Positions 12,983 to 25,376 are shown, counted from the first letter of the stretch. The stretch is DNA of 64,000 bases from Squalus acanthias (GCA_030390025.1 CM059432.1:12896001-12960000), one strand, 5' to 3'. Numbers and translations: made by a program. The notes: a model not told the origin generated them from the sequence alone.

Positions 12983-14411
12983 AAAATATTTGTTCAGAGT
13001 CTCTGCCATTTCCCCATTCCCCATTATTAATACCCCATTCTCATCCTCTAAGGGACCAACGTTTACTTTAGCTACTCTCTTCCTTTTTATATACCTGTAG
13101 AAGCTCTTACTATCTGTTTTAATATTTCTTGCCAGTTTACTCTCATAATTCATCTTCTCTCTCTTTATTATTTTAGTCATCCTTTGCTGGTTTTTAAAAA
13201 TTTCCCAATCCTCTGGCCTCCCACCAATCTTAGCAACATTGTATGCCTTCGTTTTCAATTTGATACCATCCTTTACTTCCTTAGTTAGCCACGGATAATG
13301 CTCCCTTCTCTTAAAATCTTTCTTTCTCACTGGAATATATTTCTGTTGAGAGTTATGAAATATCTCCTTAAATGTCCACCTCTGCATTTCAACTGTCTTA
13401 CCTTTTAATTTATTTTTTCAGTCCACTTTAGCCAGTTCTGCCCTCATGCCATTGTGATTGCCTTTGTTTAAGATCAGGACACTGGTTTGAGATACAACTT
13501 TCTCACCCTCCAACTGAATTTGAAATTCAACCATGTTATGACCACTCTTACCTAGAGGATCCTTTACTATGAGATCATTTATTAATTCTGTCTCATTACA
13601 CAGTACCAGATCCAAGATAGCCTGCTCGCTGGTTGGTTCCATTACATACTGTTCTAGGAAACCATCCTGGATACACTCTATGAACTCCTCCTCAAGGCTA
13701 TCATGGCCAATTTGATTTGTCCAATCAATATGGAGATTAAAATCACCCATGATTATTACCATACCTTTTTTACAGGCCTCCATTATTTGTTGATTTATAC
13801 TCTGTCCAACAGTATTGCTACTGTTCGGGGGCCTGTAGACTACGCCCACCAGAGACTTTTTCCCCTTAATATTTTTTATCTCTACCCAAACCGATTCTAC
13901 ATCTTGATCTTCTGAGCCAATATCACTTCTCACCACTGCACTGATCCCATCCTTTACCAACAAAGCCACCCCACCTCCCTTTCCTTTCCTTTTTTCCTTC
14001 CGGATTGTCAAATACCCTGGAATATTCAATTCCCAGCCCTGGTCACCTTGCAACCATGTCTCTGTAATGGCGATCAGATCATATCCATTTGTATCTATTT
14101 GTGCCATCACCTCATCTATCTTGTTACGAATGCTGCGCGCATTCAGATATAGAGTTTTTAACTTTGTCTTTTTACCATTTCTCCTTGTTTTGTCCCCATT
14201 TTCTGTTGCACTCTTATTTTTAAACATTCTGTCCCTTTCTGTCACACTCTGATTATTATTTCTCCCATCTCTATCCTGCTCTATTGTTTTCTCATTTCTC
14301 ATTGATTTTTTAAATTCCCGCTCACCTGGACCCTCCCCCCCACTACTTAGTTTAAAGCCCTCTCTACAGCCCTAGTTATTCGATTCGCCAGGACTCTAGC
14401 CCCAGCATGGT

Positions 14412-15281
14412 TCAAGTGAAGCCCATCCAAACGGAACAGCTCCCTCTTACCCCAGTACTGGTGCCAGTGCCCCACAAATCAAAACCCATTTCTCCCACAA
14501 CAGTCTCGTTCATTTCTCTGATCTTATTTACCCTATGCAAATTTGCTTGTGGCTCAGGTAGTAATCCAGAGATTATTACCTTTGTGGTTCTGCTTTTTAA
14601 TTTAGCCCCTAGCTGCTCATACTCTCTCAGCAGAACCTCTTTCTTTGTCCTACCTATGTCATTGGTATCTACGTGGACCATGACAACTGGATCTTTCCCC
14701 TCCCACTCTAAGTTCCTCTCCAGCCCAGAGGAGATGTCCTTAACCCTGGCACCGGGCAGGCAACACAGCCTTCGGGACTCGCACTCTCGGCTACAGAGAA
14801 CAGTATCTATCCCCCTAACTATACTCTCCCCTATCACTACAACATTTCTTTTTACTCCCCCCACTTGAATGGCTCCCTTTACCACGGTGCTGTGGTCAGA
14901 TTGCTCATCCTCCCTGCAGTCCCTGCCCTCGTCCACACAGGGAGCAAGAATCTCCTACCTGTCGCTGAGGCTCCTCCATCACTACCTCCTTGATCCCAAT
15001 ATCTGCCTCGCTTGTAGTCACACCCTCCTGTCCCTGACCATGGGCCAAATTGGAAGTAATTACTCTAGTGGGTGTGACTGCCTCCTGGAACATAGTGTCC
15101 AGGTAACGCACCCCTTTCCTAATGTGTCGCAGTGTCCGAAGCTCGGACTCCAGCTCATCAACTCTGAGCCGAAGTTCCTCGATGAGCCAACATTGCTGCA
15201 GATGTGGTCGCTGTGGACCTCAATGGTGTCCACCAGCTCCCACATGCAACAACAAAAACAACACATTGCCTGGTCTCCCAT
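14412..15281 (-). pseudogene. CR1 ORF1 (Cys-rich finger and SGNH/GDSL esterase), disrupted
   Basis: MCCFCCCMWE..HICS at the N-terminus, then VVVIGESIVRG, CLPGARVKD and VHVDTNDIG (degenerate GDS and GTND blocks). Confidence 0.85.
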
Positions 15282-15489
15282 CTCAATTAATTAATTAATT
15301 AGTTTTTTAAAATTTGGAATACGTATATCTTTTAATCTACACCAAGGCACTTAAATTTAGATGCCCAAGTTTGGAAAAAAGCGAGAAATAGAGAAATACT
15401 CACCAACCAATCACTTACCTGCTTTCTGATGACGTCAGACTTCAATTACTTTTTACTTCCTTACACTCACCGGTCCGTTGCAGCCCCGG

Positions 15490-16406
15490 CTCACCTTTAA
15501 ATCACCCGAGGTCTCGCGCTCTCGCTCACCATTTAAATCACCCGCTGAGGTCTCGCGCTCTTGCTGATCTTTAAATCACCCGCCAAGGTCTCGCGCTCTC
15601 GCTCACCTTTAAATCACCAGAGGTCTCGCGCTCTCGCTCACCTTTAAATCACCCGCTGAGGTCTCGCGCTCTCGCTCACCTTTAAATCACCCGCTGAGGT
15701 CTCGCGCTCTCGCTCACCTTTAAATCACCCGCTGAGGTCTCGCGCTCTCGCTCACCCTTTAAATCACCCGCTGAGGTCTCGCGCTCTCGCTCACCTTTAA
15801 ATCACCCGCTGAGGTCTCGCGCTCTCGCTCACCTTTAAATCACCCGCTGAGGTCTCGCGCTCTCGCTGATCTTTAAATCACCCGTTGAGGTCTCGCGCTC
15901 TCGCTCACCTTTAAATCACCCGCCGAGGTCTCGCGCTCTCGCTGATCTTTAAATCACCCGCCGAGGTCTCGCACTCGCGCTCACCTTTAAATCACCCGCT
16001 GAGGTCTCGCGCTCTCGCTCACCTTTAAATCACCTGCCGAGGTCTCGCGCTCTCGCTGATCTTTAAATCACCCGCCGAGGTCTCGCGCTCTCGCTCACCT
16101 TTAAATCACCTGCCGAGGTCTCGCGCTCTCGCTCACCTTTAAATCACCCGCTGAGGTCTCGCGCTCTCGCTCACCCTTTAAATCACCCGCCGAGGTCTCG
16201 CGCTCTCGCTCACCTTTAAATCACCCGAGGTCTCGCGCTCTCGCTCACCTTTAAATCACCCGCTGAGGTCTCGCGCTCTCGCTCACCTTTAAATCACCAG
16301 AGGTCTCGCGCTCTCGCTCACCTTTAAATCACCCGCTGAGGTCTCGCGCTCTCGCTGATCTTTAAATCACCCGCTGAGGTCTCGCACTCTTGCTGATCTT
16401 TAAATC
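15490..16406. repeat. Tandem array of a 38-bp unit, about 24-25 copies
   Basis: Unit tttaaatcacccgctgaggtctcgcgctctcgctcacc with 35-39 bp variants. I counted 25 occurrences of tttaaatc by eye. No spacers. Confidence 0.97.
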
Positions 16407-16410
16407 TGCC

Positions 16411-16682
16411 AAGGTGATTGGTAAAGGAACCAGAGGCGACATGAAAAAAAAATGACAGGGCAAGTTGTTATGATCTGGAATCCATTGCCTGAAAGGGTGG
16501 TGGAAGCAGATTCAATAATAACTTTCAAAAAGGAATTGGATAAATACTTGAAAAAAGAATTGCTGGGCTATGGGGAAAGAGCAGGGGAGTGGGACTAATT
16601 GGAGAGCTCTTTCAAAGAGCCGGCACAGGCACGATTAGACCAAATGGTATTTTTCTGTGCTTCATCATTCTACGAGTCTATA
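16411..16682 (+). mobile_element. CR1 LINE 3' end, right part of the 9258 element
   Basis: aaggtgattggtaaaggaacc..tggaatccattgcctgaaaggg followed by the 3' UTR. Confidence 0.88.
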
Positions 16683-17002
16683 CTGCAATCAATTAGAGAT
16701 TGCATTACTTAGATGGCATAATGGAGAACTGGTAATTTAAAAATGTTCCTGCATTTTTCGTAGAACTGCGGTGGCTCACTGACGTTGTGGCACAGTGATT
16801 TCCCCTCCCCATTCCCACAATCCTCCATCTGAAGGCACAACCCAGAAGCACAGATGAGGTGGTGCCAGCACCAACCTGAGATATTTAAATGCCCCTAACC
16901 CCGGGAAGTGGGATGGAATCAGGGGCCCAAACAATGGGGAGATGGATGTCTCACCCTGCCACATCTCCTCCGGCAGAGCGAGAGCACAAGAAATTCAGCC
17001 CT

Positions 17003-17473
17003 GAAAGAAAGAAAGACTTGCATTTATATAGCGCCTTTCACGACCACCGGATGTCTCAAAGCACTTTACAGCCAATGAAGTACTTTTTGGAGTGTAGTCA
17101 CTGTTGTAATGTAGGAAACACAGCAGCCAATTTGCAGACAGCAAGCTCCCACAAACAGCAATGTGATAATGACCAGATAATCTGTTTTTGTTATGTTGAT
17201 CGAGGGATAAATATTGTCCAGGACACCGAGGATAACTCCCCTACTCTTCTTCGAAATAGTGCCATGGGATCTTTTACGTCCACCTGAGAGAGCAGACAGG
17301 GCCTCAGTTTAACGTCTCATCCAAAAGACGGCACCTCCGACAGTGCAGCACTCCCTCAGCACTGCACTAGAATGTCAGCCTAGATTTATTGTGCTCAAGT
17401 CTCTGGCTTGGGATTTGAACCCACAACCTTCAGTGAGAGGCAAGGGTGCTACCCACTGAGCCATGGATGACAC
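17003..17473 (-). mobile_element. Deu-domain tRNA SINE
   Basis: Full head, core and tail, as at 8438. Confidence 0.9.
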
Positions 17474-17696
17474 GCAGGAGTCTCAAAAACACAATCTTGA
17501 CTTATAAATGTAGTCCTGGAGAAAAGTTACTTTTGACAAAAAAAACTGCACAAGAGCAATGTATTAAAGAAGGAAGTCTTAGCATTGACAGAGCAAAACG
17601 TGATCTCGTGAAAAATGGACCTAACAGCTTTGATTCCAGTGAGATTCAGTCAGAACCTTGTTCAACAACTTCAGACATTACAGTTGAGATCATATC

Positions 17697-18050
17697 AACA
17701 ACAACAAATTGCATTTATATAGCACCTTTTCAAAGAGTAAAGCATCCCAAGGTGCTTCACAGGACAGTAATCAGACAAAAAATTGACACCAAGCCAAAGA
17801 AGGAGATTTTTGGACAGGTGACCAAAAGCTTGATCAAAGAGGTAAGTTTTAAGGAACGTCTTAAAGGAGGAGAGAGAGTGGAGAGGCGGAGAGGTTCAGG
17901 GAGGGAATTCCAGAGCTTAGGATCTCGGCAGCTGAAGGCACGGCCGCTGATGGTGGTGCGATTAAAATCGGGGATGCACAAGAGACCAGAATTGGAGGAA
18001 CGCAGAGATCTCGGAGGGTTTTAAAGTTGGAGGAGGTTACAGAGATTGGG
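17697..18050 (-). mobile_element. L2 LINE 3' end
   Basis: ORF 17757..17981 GRAFSCRDPKLWNSLP..LKLTSL and tail gtgctatataaatgcaatttgttgttg. Confidence 0.85.
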
Positions 18051-18097
18051 AGATAATTAGTCATATATCAATAATATTACCATTAATATTAATGGCA

Positions 18098-18583
18098 GGC
18101 CCTTGAGAGGGTGCAGAGGAGAATTACCAGAATGGTTCCGGTGATGGGCGATCTTAGCTACAAGGACAGGTTGGAGAAGCTGGATTTGTTTTCATTAGAG
18201 CAAAGGAGGTTGAGGGGTGATTTGATAGAGGTGTACAAGATTATGACGGGTTTGGATAGGCTAGACGGGGAAAGGCTGTTCTCACTAGTTGATGGTACAA
18301 GGACTAGGGGACACAGATTTAAGGTTTTGGGCAAGAGATACAGGGGGGATGTGAGGAAAAACTTTTTTACGCAGCGAGTGGTGAGGACGTGGAACTCGCT
18401 GCCGACGGAAGTGGTGGAAGCGGAGACACTCAATGTTTTCAAGGGGAGACTGGATAGGCACTTGAGGGCTACGGGGATAGAGCGGGGGAATGGGACTGAC
18501 TGGATTGCTCTACAGAGAGCTGGTACGGACTCGATGGGCCGAATGGCCTCCTTCTGTGCCGTTATGACTCTATGGTACTTCTA
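18098..18583 (+). mobile_element. CR1 LINE 3' end
   Basis: QRRITRMVP..RRLRGDLIEVYKI..RTRGHRFKV. Same subfamily as the 59979 copy. Confidence 0.9.
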
Positions 18584-19029
18584 AAATCTTTGTAGCATTA
18601 TTATTGTAAAATTAGTTGACCCTTCAATTACATGTTGTGTAAGCTAAAATCGAAAAAATATGACTATCCTAAGTATAGATTCCCTCAAGCTATTTAGTGG
18701 TTATTAACTGTCAGTCAGCAAGCCAGCTAATTACTTGAATCCAGTTGCTATTGATTTATTCATTAACTTGTTCCGGAGCCAACTATATATTGGATGTTGC
18801 CTGCCCAGTCAGAAATTCCTTATGGTTTAACTGTAATCAGTATCATGTTGGCATTGCATGTAGACTGTCCCCGCATATGGAGTGCTCCCTGAACTTGAGC
18901 CCTCACTCCGAAGGAACGAAAAAAATCTTATTATTAATTCATTGCCAAGGCCTTCTACCTCAATGGCATTGCTTGCTTAAAGCCCCCGCCCACCCCGCAC
19001 CTCACTCTCACTACTGCAGAAATCCTAAT

Positions 19030-19400
19030 CAACAAACTTGGGCTTTTCAGCCTAGAAAGGAGGCATCGGAAAGGTGATTTTATAGAGGTGCATACGATTG
19101 TTAACGATGTCGGAAAAGTGAACCCAGGATATCAATTTTAATTAAACTGCAGGGGTAGAACAGGCAACAGGTTCAAACTACTAAACCATAGTTTTAGGTC
19201 TAATATCAAAAAGTTCTTCTTTACATAAAGAGCAATCAATGTTTGAAATAAACTTCCAGGCAGAGTAGCGGAGGCAAGAACCCTGTAATCATTTCAGAAG
19301 CAATTGGGTGCTGCAATGGGGCGCCATTCGAATCTTCCTGGATGGATGAATTAAGATGGGCGAAATGGTTCTCCCCGTCCATAATTATCTTGTGGCCTTG
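19030..19400 (+). mobile_element. Old degenerate CR1 3' fragment
   Basis: ttcagcctagaaaggaggc..aggtgattttatagagg..ttcttctttacataaagag..gggcgaaatgg. A similar relic lies at 52750-52970. Confidence 0.6.
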
Positions 19401-19929
19401 TGAACACTTCCATCATAATGAAGACTATCTTCTCCAGTGGTCTCCTCACTGAACCTCCGCACATTCGCAAAACTTCAGCTAATTCAGAACATCAAGGGCT
19501 ACATCCTTTCCTGGATGACATTATCAGAGGCCAAGCTCCATATTTAAAGCAGCACTCCGCTGCCTTCCCAATGTTGTCCCGCACGCCTGCTGAAAACAGC
19601 AGGTTAAAGTCCAATCCCGCAGATAGGCAGCAGATCCCGGGGCTGGGGCTAAGGCGCTGCCCTTATTTTAACTCACCCCACACGGTTTCTGCCGAGTGTG
19701 TAGAGGGTGGGGGGGGGAGTTAAAATTCCCCCCACCCACAAGTTTTTAAGTTCAACTCGGCCTCTCCAAGTTTCCCCAGAATGTTTCTGATTTTTCGATT
19801 TGAAATCTCCCGCATGTACAAGGTGGTGGGACGCAGGGGGTTGGGGTGGGGCGGGGTGGGGGTGGGGGGGGGGGGCGGAGGTTGAAGGAGGAGATTGAAG
19901 CGCACATCACAAAACTTGAAGCAGGCTTC

Positions 19930-20985
19930 TGAAACACTCGAGAAGGTGCAAAAAAAGATTTACTAGAATGATACCAGAACTGAGAGGTTATAGCTAACAG
20001 GAAAGATTGAACAGAGTGGGCCTCTTTTCTGTAGAAAAGAGAAAACTGAGGGGTGACCTAATAGAGGTCTTTAAGATTATGAAAGGGTTGGTGGGGTAGA
20101 TGTAGAGAAGATGTTTCCACTTGTGTGGGAGACCAGAACTAGGGGCCATAAATATAAGATAGTCACTAATAACTCCTAAGGAAGGATATACTTGCCATAG
20201 AGGGAGTGCAACGAAGGTTCACGAGATTGATTCCTGGGATGGCGGGACTGTCGTATGAGAAGAGATTGGGTAAACTAGGCCTGTATTCTCTTGAATTCAG
20301 AAGAATGAGAGGGGATCTCATTGAAACATACAAAATTATTACAGGGCTTGATAGGGCTGTTGGATGCTGGGAGAATGTTTCCCTTGGCTGGGGAGTCTAG
20401 AACCAGGGGCCACAGCCTCAAGATAAAGGGTAGGCCATTCAGGACTGAGATGAGAAGAAATTTCTTCGCACAGAGGGTGGTGAATCTTTGGAATTCTCTA
20501 CCCCAGAGGGCTGTGGAGGCTCAGTCATTGGGTATATTCAAAACAGAAGTCGATAGATTTCTGACTAGTAAGGGCATCAAGGGATATGGCGATAGGGCCG
20601 GTGAATGGAGTTGAGGCAGAAGATCAGCCATGATCTCATTGAATGGCAGAGCAGGCTCGAGGGGCCAAATGGCCTACTCCTGCTCCTATTTCTTATGTTC
20701 TTATGTTCTCAATAGGTAATTCAAGAGAAACTTCTTGACTCAGCGAGAGGTTAGAATGTGGAACTCGCTACCACAGAGAGTAGTCGAGGCGAATAGAATA
20801 GATGCATTTAAGGGGAAGCTAGATAAGCACATGAGGGAGAAGGAATAGAAGGATATGCTGATAGGTTTATATGATGAGAGGTAGGAGGAGGCTCGTGTGG
20901 AGCATAAGCACCGGCATAGACCTGTTGGGCCGAATGGCCTGTTTCTGTGCTGTAAATACTATGTAATATTTTGTAATACTTTTAA
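19930..20985 (+). mobile_element. CR1 3' end with a younger CR1 3' end nested at about 20173-20710
   Basis: The host breaks at gtcactaataa and resumes at caataggtaattc. The nested copy ends in ttcttatgttcttatgttc. Confidence 0.85.
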
Positions 20986-21399
20986 TCTCAGCTGCCCACT
21001 TGATGCCGTGGCTGGAGGTTCCTACCCAATTCTGCACCCAGAGCCACCCGACTAAACATACAGTTATCAGTCCCCCCACCCCACGGAATACTAACATTAC
21101 GTGAGCATCCCTTGCTTGTATCCGGGACGGAAATGTTGGAAGAAATTAGAACAAAAACACAAGCGCAAACTTCTGCTGAGAGAGTCTTGTCAGTAACATG
21201 GGATCGTTCCAGCGTTTAAAAGAACAATTCCAAAGCAAGGCAAAAGGACTTGACAAATTGCCTGATCGTTGTCTGACCCTGCTGACAGTAGATCCAAAAC
21301 CCTACAGCTAAGGTAAGAATGAGTAACCTCAGTTTATACAATGAATATATTTTGTCGTTGGTTCCGAATAGTACAGGCTACTGATTACTCTGAGTGTTA

Positions 21400-21830
21400 T
21401 AACAACAGCTTGCATTTATATAGCACCCTTAACATAGTCAAACGTCCCATTAACAGGAGCATTATTGGACAAAATTTCACACCGAGTCGCATAAAGAGAG
21501 ATTGGGACAAGTGACCAAAAGCTTGGTCAAAGAGGTAGATTTTAAGGAGCATCTTAGCAAAGGAGAGAGAGGTGGAAAGGCGGAGAGGTTTAGGGAGGGA
21601 TTTCCATGAGCTTAGGACCCAGACAGCTGAAGGCACGGCCACCAATGGTGGGTGAAGAAAATCTGGGGGTGCACAAGAGGCCAGAGTTGGAGGAACGCAG
21701 AGTTTTTGGAGGGTTGTAGGTAGAGCTGGAGGTGCTTACCGAGATAGGATGGGGCGAGGCCGTGGAGGGATTTGAACACAAGTATTAAAATGTTAAATTT
21801 GAGGCCTTGCTGGACTGGAGCCAATTTTTT
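21400..21830 (-). mobile_element. L2 LINE 3' end
   Basis: FNILILVFKSLHGLAPSYL, GGRAFS and KIYLFDQAF, with tail gtgctatataaatgcaagctgttgtt. Confidence 0.85.
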
Positions 21831-22114
21831 GCAATTACGCAAAGGTTTGGGAAAATAAGGAGTGCCAGGCTAAGAAAAACGTGAGGTGATGCCTGCTAAC
21901 AGATGGTACCATGAAGCAGAGGTTGATGATTTCCTTTAAATGAACGCAAGTACGAATTATGAACTTGGCCACACAGATTGCTGCTTCCTTTTCCCTTAGT
22001 AAGATTGTTGAATTCCACAGCATGGTTCTGTTGGCAGAGGCCTGAGAAGAATGCTGTCAGATGAGGGAGGCTCCCTCGACAATTCATGGGCGAGTGGGAA
22101 CCATTAAAAATTAA

Positions 22115-22493
22115 GGGCTGGATTTTCAATGACCCGTGGAGTCGGGTTTGGAGGCGTGTGGGGGGTTAAAGTTGCAGATTCGGGGGTCCCGACTCCATCC
22201 CGACTCCACGCAATTTTGACAAAATCGGTCGCGGGGTTCCCAACTCCGTCCCGCCTCCAAGAGGCGGGAGAGGCCATTAAAGCCCTTAACAAGCCCTAAA
22301 TTGGCTCTGTAATGCCATTTTGAAACGTTTTAGCTAGTTTAACCCTTTTCCGACGTGAAGTACGCCTGATGTGAAACACGCCAGTGAAACCTGGCGGGAG
22401 CACAAGTGGATAGCTGACTATCAGCTGCAGGTCCACTATTACAACGGAGATGTGATGAAGGTAGTAGTAGTATTGTGATGAAGGTAGTAGTAT

Positions 22494-22526
<33 letters not shown>

Positions 22527-22797
22527 AGATGCTGCTCATTTTGCATCCAGGTCCTCTCACAGCAAAGGCCAGGCAATCTCTGAGACCAGGCAATCTCTGA
22601 GACCTGCAATGATGACATCATCAAAGGCGACTTTCAGACTGAAACCACTAATTGGTTCATGGGTTCCCACATGCTGGAACTCAATTGCCCAATTAAGTGA
22701 AAATTGCATCAATCTCCCACATCCAATTGCAGTCGGGTGGATAACACGAAATACGGATGACACGACCCCAACCCGCCCCAGTATCAAAATCCAGCCC
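22115..22797. mobile_element. Harbinger-type MITE, family B
   Basis: TIRs gggctggatttt / aaaatccagccc with flanks TAA/TGA. Contains (CT)n at about 22496-22523. Confidence 0.88.
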
Positions 22798-23324
22798 TGA
22801 AGTTCAGTTTCCCATCAATCTTTTTGTTGAACATGTCCAATAGATTTCCAGGACAATCCATCAGATATTTGGAAATGAACCAATTATATTTGCTGAAACT
22901 TCAATGAATGAATTCAACTGAAAGATCTGGTCATTTCATTCTAAACGAGAGACTTGATGGGGCCAATTTTCCTCTGCTTTGTGTCCAGGGAACACATATT
23001 TCCTGGGTTTAAAGCAGAGGAACTAGGGCAGACACTAAGGTGATGGGTCTTTGCCCCTTTTGTGTTGTACCAGGATATCCAGGGTTTCGTCCAGGATGGG
23101 TGGGAGGGGCGTGTGGGTGGGGGCAAAGTGGGCGGTACCTGAATCAAGTGCAAGCATTCAAATCGCATTTCAATGAGACGGGAGTGCTTTAATGGCACCT
23201 GCTGCCTGATTTTACCAGGGGGACACCCATTTCCAACAGTGCCAAGGACACCTGGGTGTGAGGTTCTGTATCCAGCCCTGCTCAGATCAGACGATCCGAG
23301 AAAGGGCAAACAGCAAGAAGATGG

Positions 23325-23575
23325 AATAGAATCATAGAAATTTACGGCACAGAAGGAGGCCATTCGGCCCATCGTGTCCGCGCAGGCCAAAAAGAGCAAT
23401 CCAGCCAAAGCCCACTTTCCAGCACTTGGTCTGTAGGTTACGGCACTTCAAGTGCATATCCAAGTACTTTTTAAATGCGATGAGGGTTTCTGCCTCTACC
23501 GCCCTTTCAGGCAGTGGATTCCAGACCTCCGCCACCCACTGGGTGAAAAGATTTCTCCTCAACTCCCCTCTAAAC
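23325..23575 (-). mobile_element. CR1 3' end
   Basis: RRNLFTQWVAEVWNPLP followed by the 3' UTR and tail. Confidence 0.85.
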
Positions 23576-24096
23576 CTGGGAAAAAAGTAAGTACTTTTTT
23601 CTGGCAGGTACCCAAGAATATCTTCGGGGACAGAGGTCTTGTAGCTGCCGATTTTGAGGCCTCGCAGTCGGTGGCCATTACTGTTTGATTTCCGTCGCCG
23701 TTTCTAGGACAAGATGCTGCCAAGGGGTTGGGGCCTGGGGAAATTACCTGAACCCAGAAATATGGGTAGGTTCTGGTCAGATCAGGCAGAATGTACCTTG
23801 GCTGCGCTCTGCCTAACATACCAAGGGGCCGGGGGGTGTAAGAAAGTCAGCCCTGATACCTTTGCATATGTACACATATGCTGACAATAATTTGACATTT
23901 TTAATGTTGACATCTTCACAATCTTGGCTCAAACCTGCTGCCTCACAGCCAACTCTGGCCTGACGTTGTGGCCGTTTGTCTGATCCTGAACCAATTCTAC
24001 CATGTCCACGCCAACTCTGGCCTGACACTGTAACCTTATGCCCAACCTTGGTCCACCTCAGCAGTCTCCAACTTTCGCCCAACTGTCTCCGCAGTC

Positions 24097-25376
24097 TCAG
24101 GTTGCCAACTCTCGTTGGAGGTATTCCAGGAGGTTTCATCACACGACCACCCACCTCAACCACCCTGCCCCCCGCGCTCCTGCCATTGGTCACCCGACAT
24201 GTCCATCCTCACGGTGCCCGGCCTTCCCACGCCAATCAGAAAGCAAACAGACTCTTCGTTACCTGATTGGATGAATCTTGACCGTCAGTTAAATAGCCTT
24301 TTTCCCAAACTCCAATTTTTTTATAACTAATAAACAAAAGTTAAAAAAAAAAAAAATTTTTTAAACACCATGGGGTAAAAATTCAGTTGGTTGCGCCTCC
24401 CGTTAGCGCCTTAAGAGGGCGCTAATGGGGCGCAAAGCCGCTAACGCCCGGGCGCAGCGATGTTTGCGCCGCTCGAGAACTTAACTTGAGATTGTGCGGC
24501 GGCGCTAAAACTTACCGCTGCGACCACCTGCGCGCGCAGATTGTGACGTCATTCCATGGTGCAACGCCCTTGTGGCGCCCCGGAGCGGAAATTGAGTGGC
24601 GCCCCCTGCCTTACCGCCTGGCGCTTCCAACGACCGGAAGACTGGAACGCTATCAATCGCTGTGGGGCTGGGGGAGGCGCTATTTAAAGGGGGCCTCTTC
24701 CTGTCTTTTATCGTTGGTGGCATTTTTGAACTACGCATTCTGAGAGAGAGAGGGAGAGACTTCTGGAGAGATTCAACGTTGTGTGAAGGAGTTTTGGGTA
24801 CTGAGCAGCACTTTGCAGGTTCATTTTGATTTGCCATTCCTTGTATCGATTTAGCAGAGACTGTGGGAGCTGCACTCTGAGCTCTTTGATGGTACTCTCC
24901 ATTGTTCTTTCCAGCACATTTGATGTGCAAGTCTCTCCAGGCCGAGATTCAAGGCTGCAATGAACAGGATGTGGATGGAAAGCAAGATTAACCATCCCCT
25001 TTAAGAACTGGCCCGTGCCATTGTGTGTGTGTTCCATTGCTGACTGACATTACATGAGCTTCGCCAGCGCTCTGAGTTAGCGCCTCATTCCTTGGCCTTT
25101 GCGCCTTAAGACAGGTGTGCAGCGCCTGATTTAGCGCTCCACTCACCTCCCGGGGCGGTAAAAGTGAAGTTTCCAGTCAGTGCCGATAATTAGCGCCAGG
25201 CGCTAATATTTGCGTCCAGACGATATTTGCGCCCCAAATGGGGCGCGACCTAATTTCTACCCCCATTTCTTTAATGCCCCTATGAGTTTCCTCCCTGGTT
25301 TGCTCGAACAGTGTCCTGGAGATTAATCTTTGATTCCTGGAGACTCCAGACCAATCCTGGAGGGTTGGCAACACTA
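24097..25376. mobile_element. hAT-type (Blackjack-like) non-autonomous element, split by a family C MITE
   Basis: TIR-like ends tcaggttgccaactctc / gagggttggcaacacta. 8-bp TSD ccgcagtc (24089-24096) versus ctgc|..gcagtc, the right copy split by the adjacent CR1. Confidence 0.65.
24372..25263. mobile_element. Harbinger-type MITE, family C
   Basis: TIRs ggggtaaaaatt / aatttctacccc, TSD CAT, many gcgcc/ggcgc subterminal motifs. Homologous to 60667-61546. Confidence 0.88.

Larger units (their letters stand above)
10347..14302 (-). pseudogene. CR1 ORF2 (APE endonuclease and RT), disrupted
   Basis: ORF 13418..14302 has YLNARS, IAITETW, VYRPP and MGDFN. ORFs 12953..13387, 11936..12802, 10671..11012 and 10347..10649 continue the protein. 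Confidence 0.92.
10176..16410 (-). mobile_element. Full-length CR1 LINE with 5' tandem array, carrying two MITE insertions
   Basis: (ttcttatg)-type tail at 10176-10200, ORF2, ORF1, 5' UTR and array, all between two contiguous halves of an older plus-strand CR1. Confidence 0.93.

Noticed and set aside
6191..14302. Active autonomous retrotransposon or domesticated RT gene
   Set aside because: All CR1 ORF2 copies have stops, frameshifts, deletions or insertions.
15490..16406. CRISPR array (38-bp repeat length)
   Set aside because: Units are head-to-tail with no unique spacers, there are no cas genes, and the context is eukaryotic.
17446..18024. 192-aa ORF as a host gene
   Set aside because: It spans a SINE head, a short unique spacer and antisense L2, with no recognisable domain.
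21198..21317. Candidate exon (ATG..AAG|GTAAGA)
   Set aside because: The frame from the ATG stops just before the donor, there is no clear acceptor, and the peptide is not recognisable.
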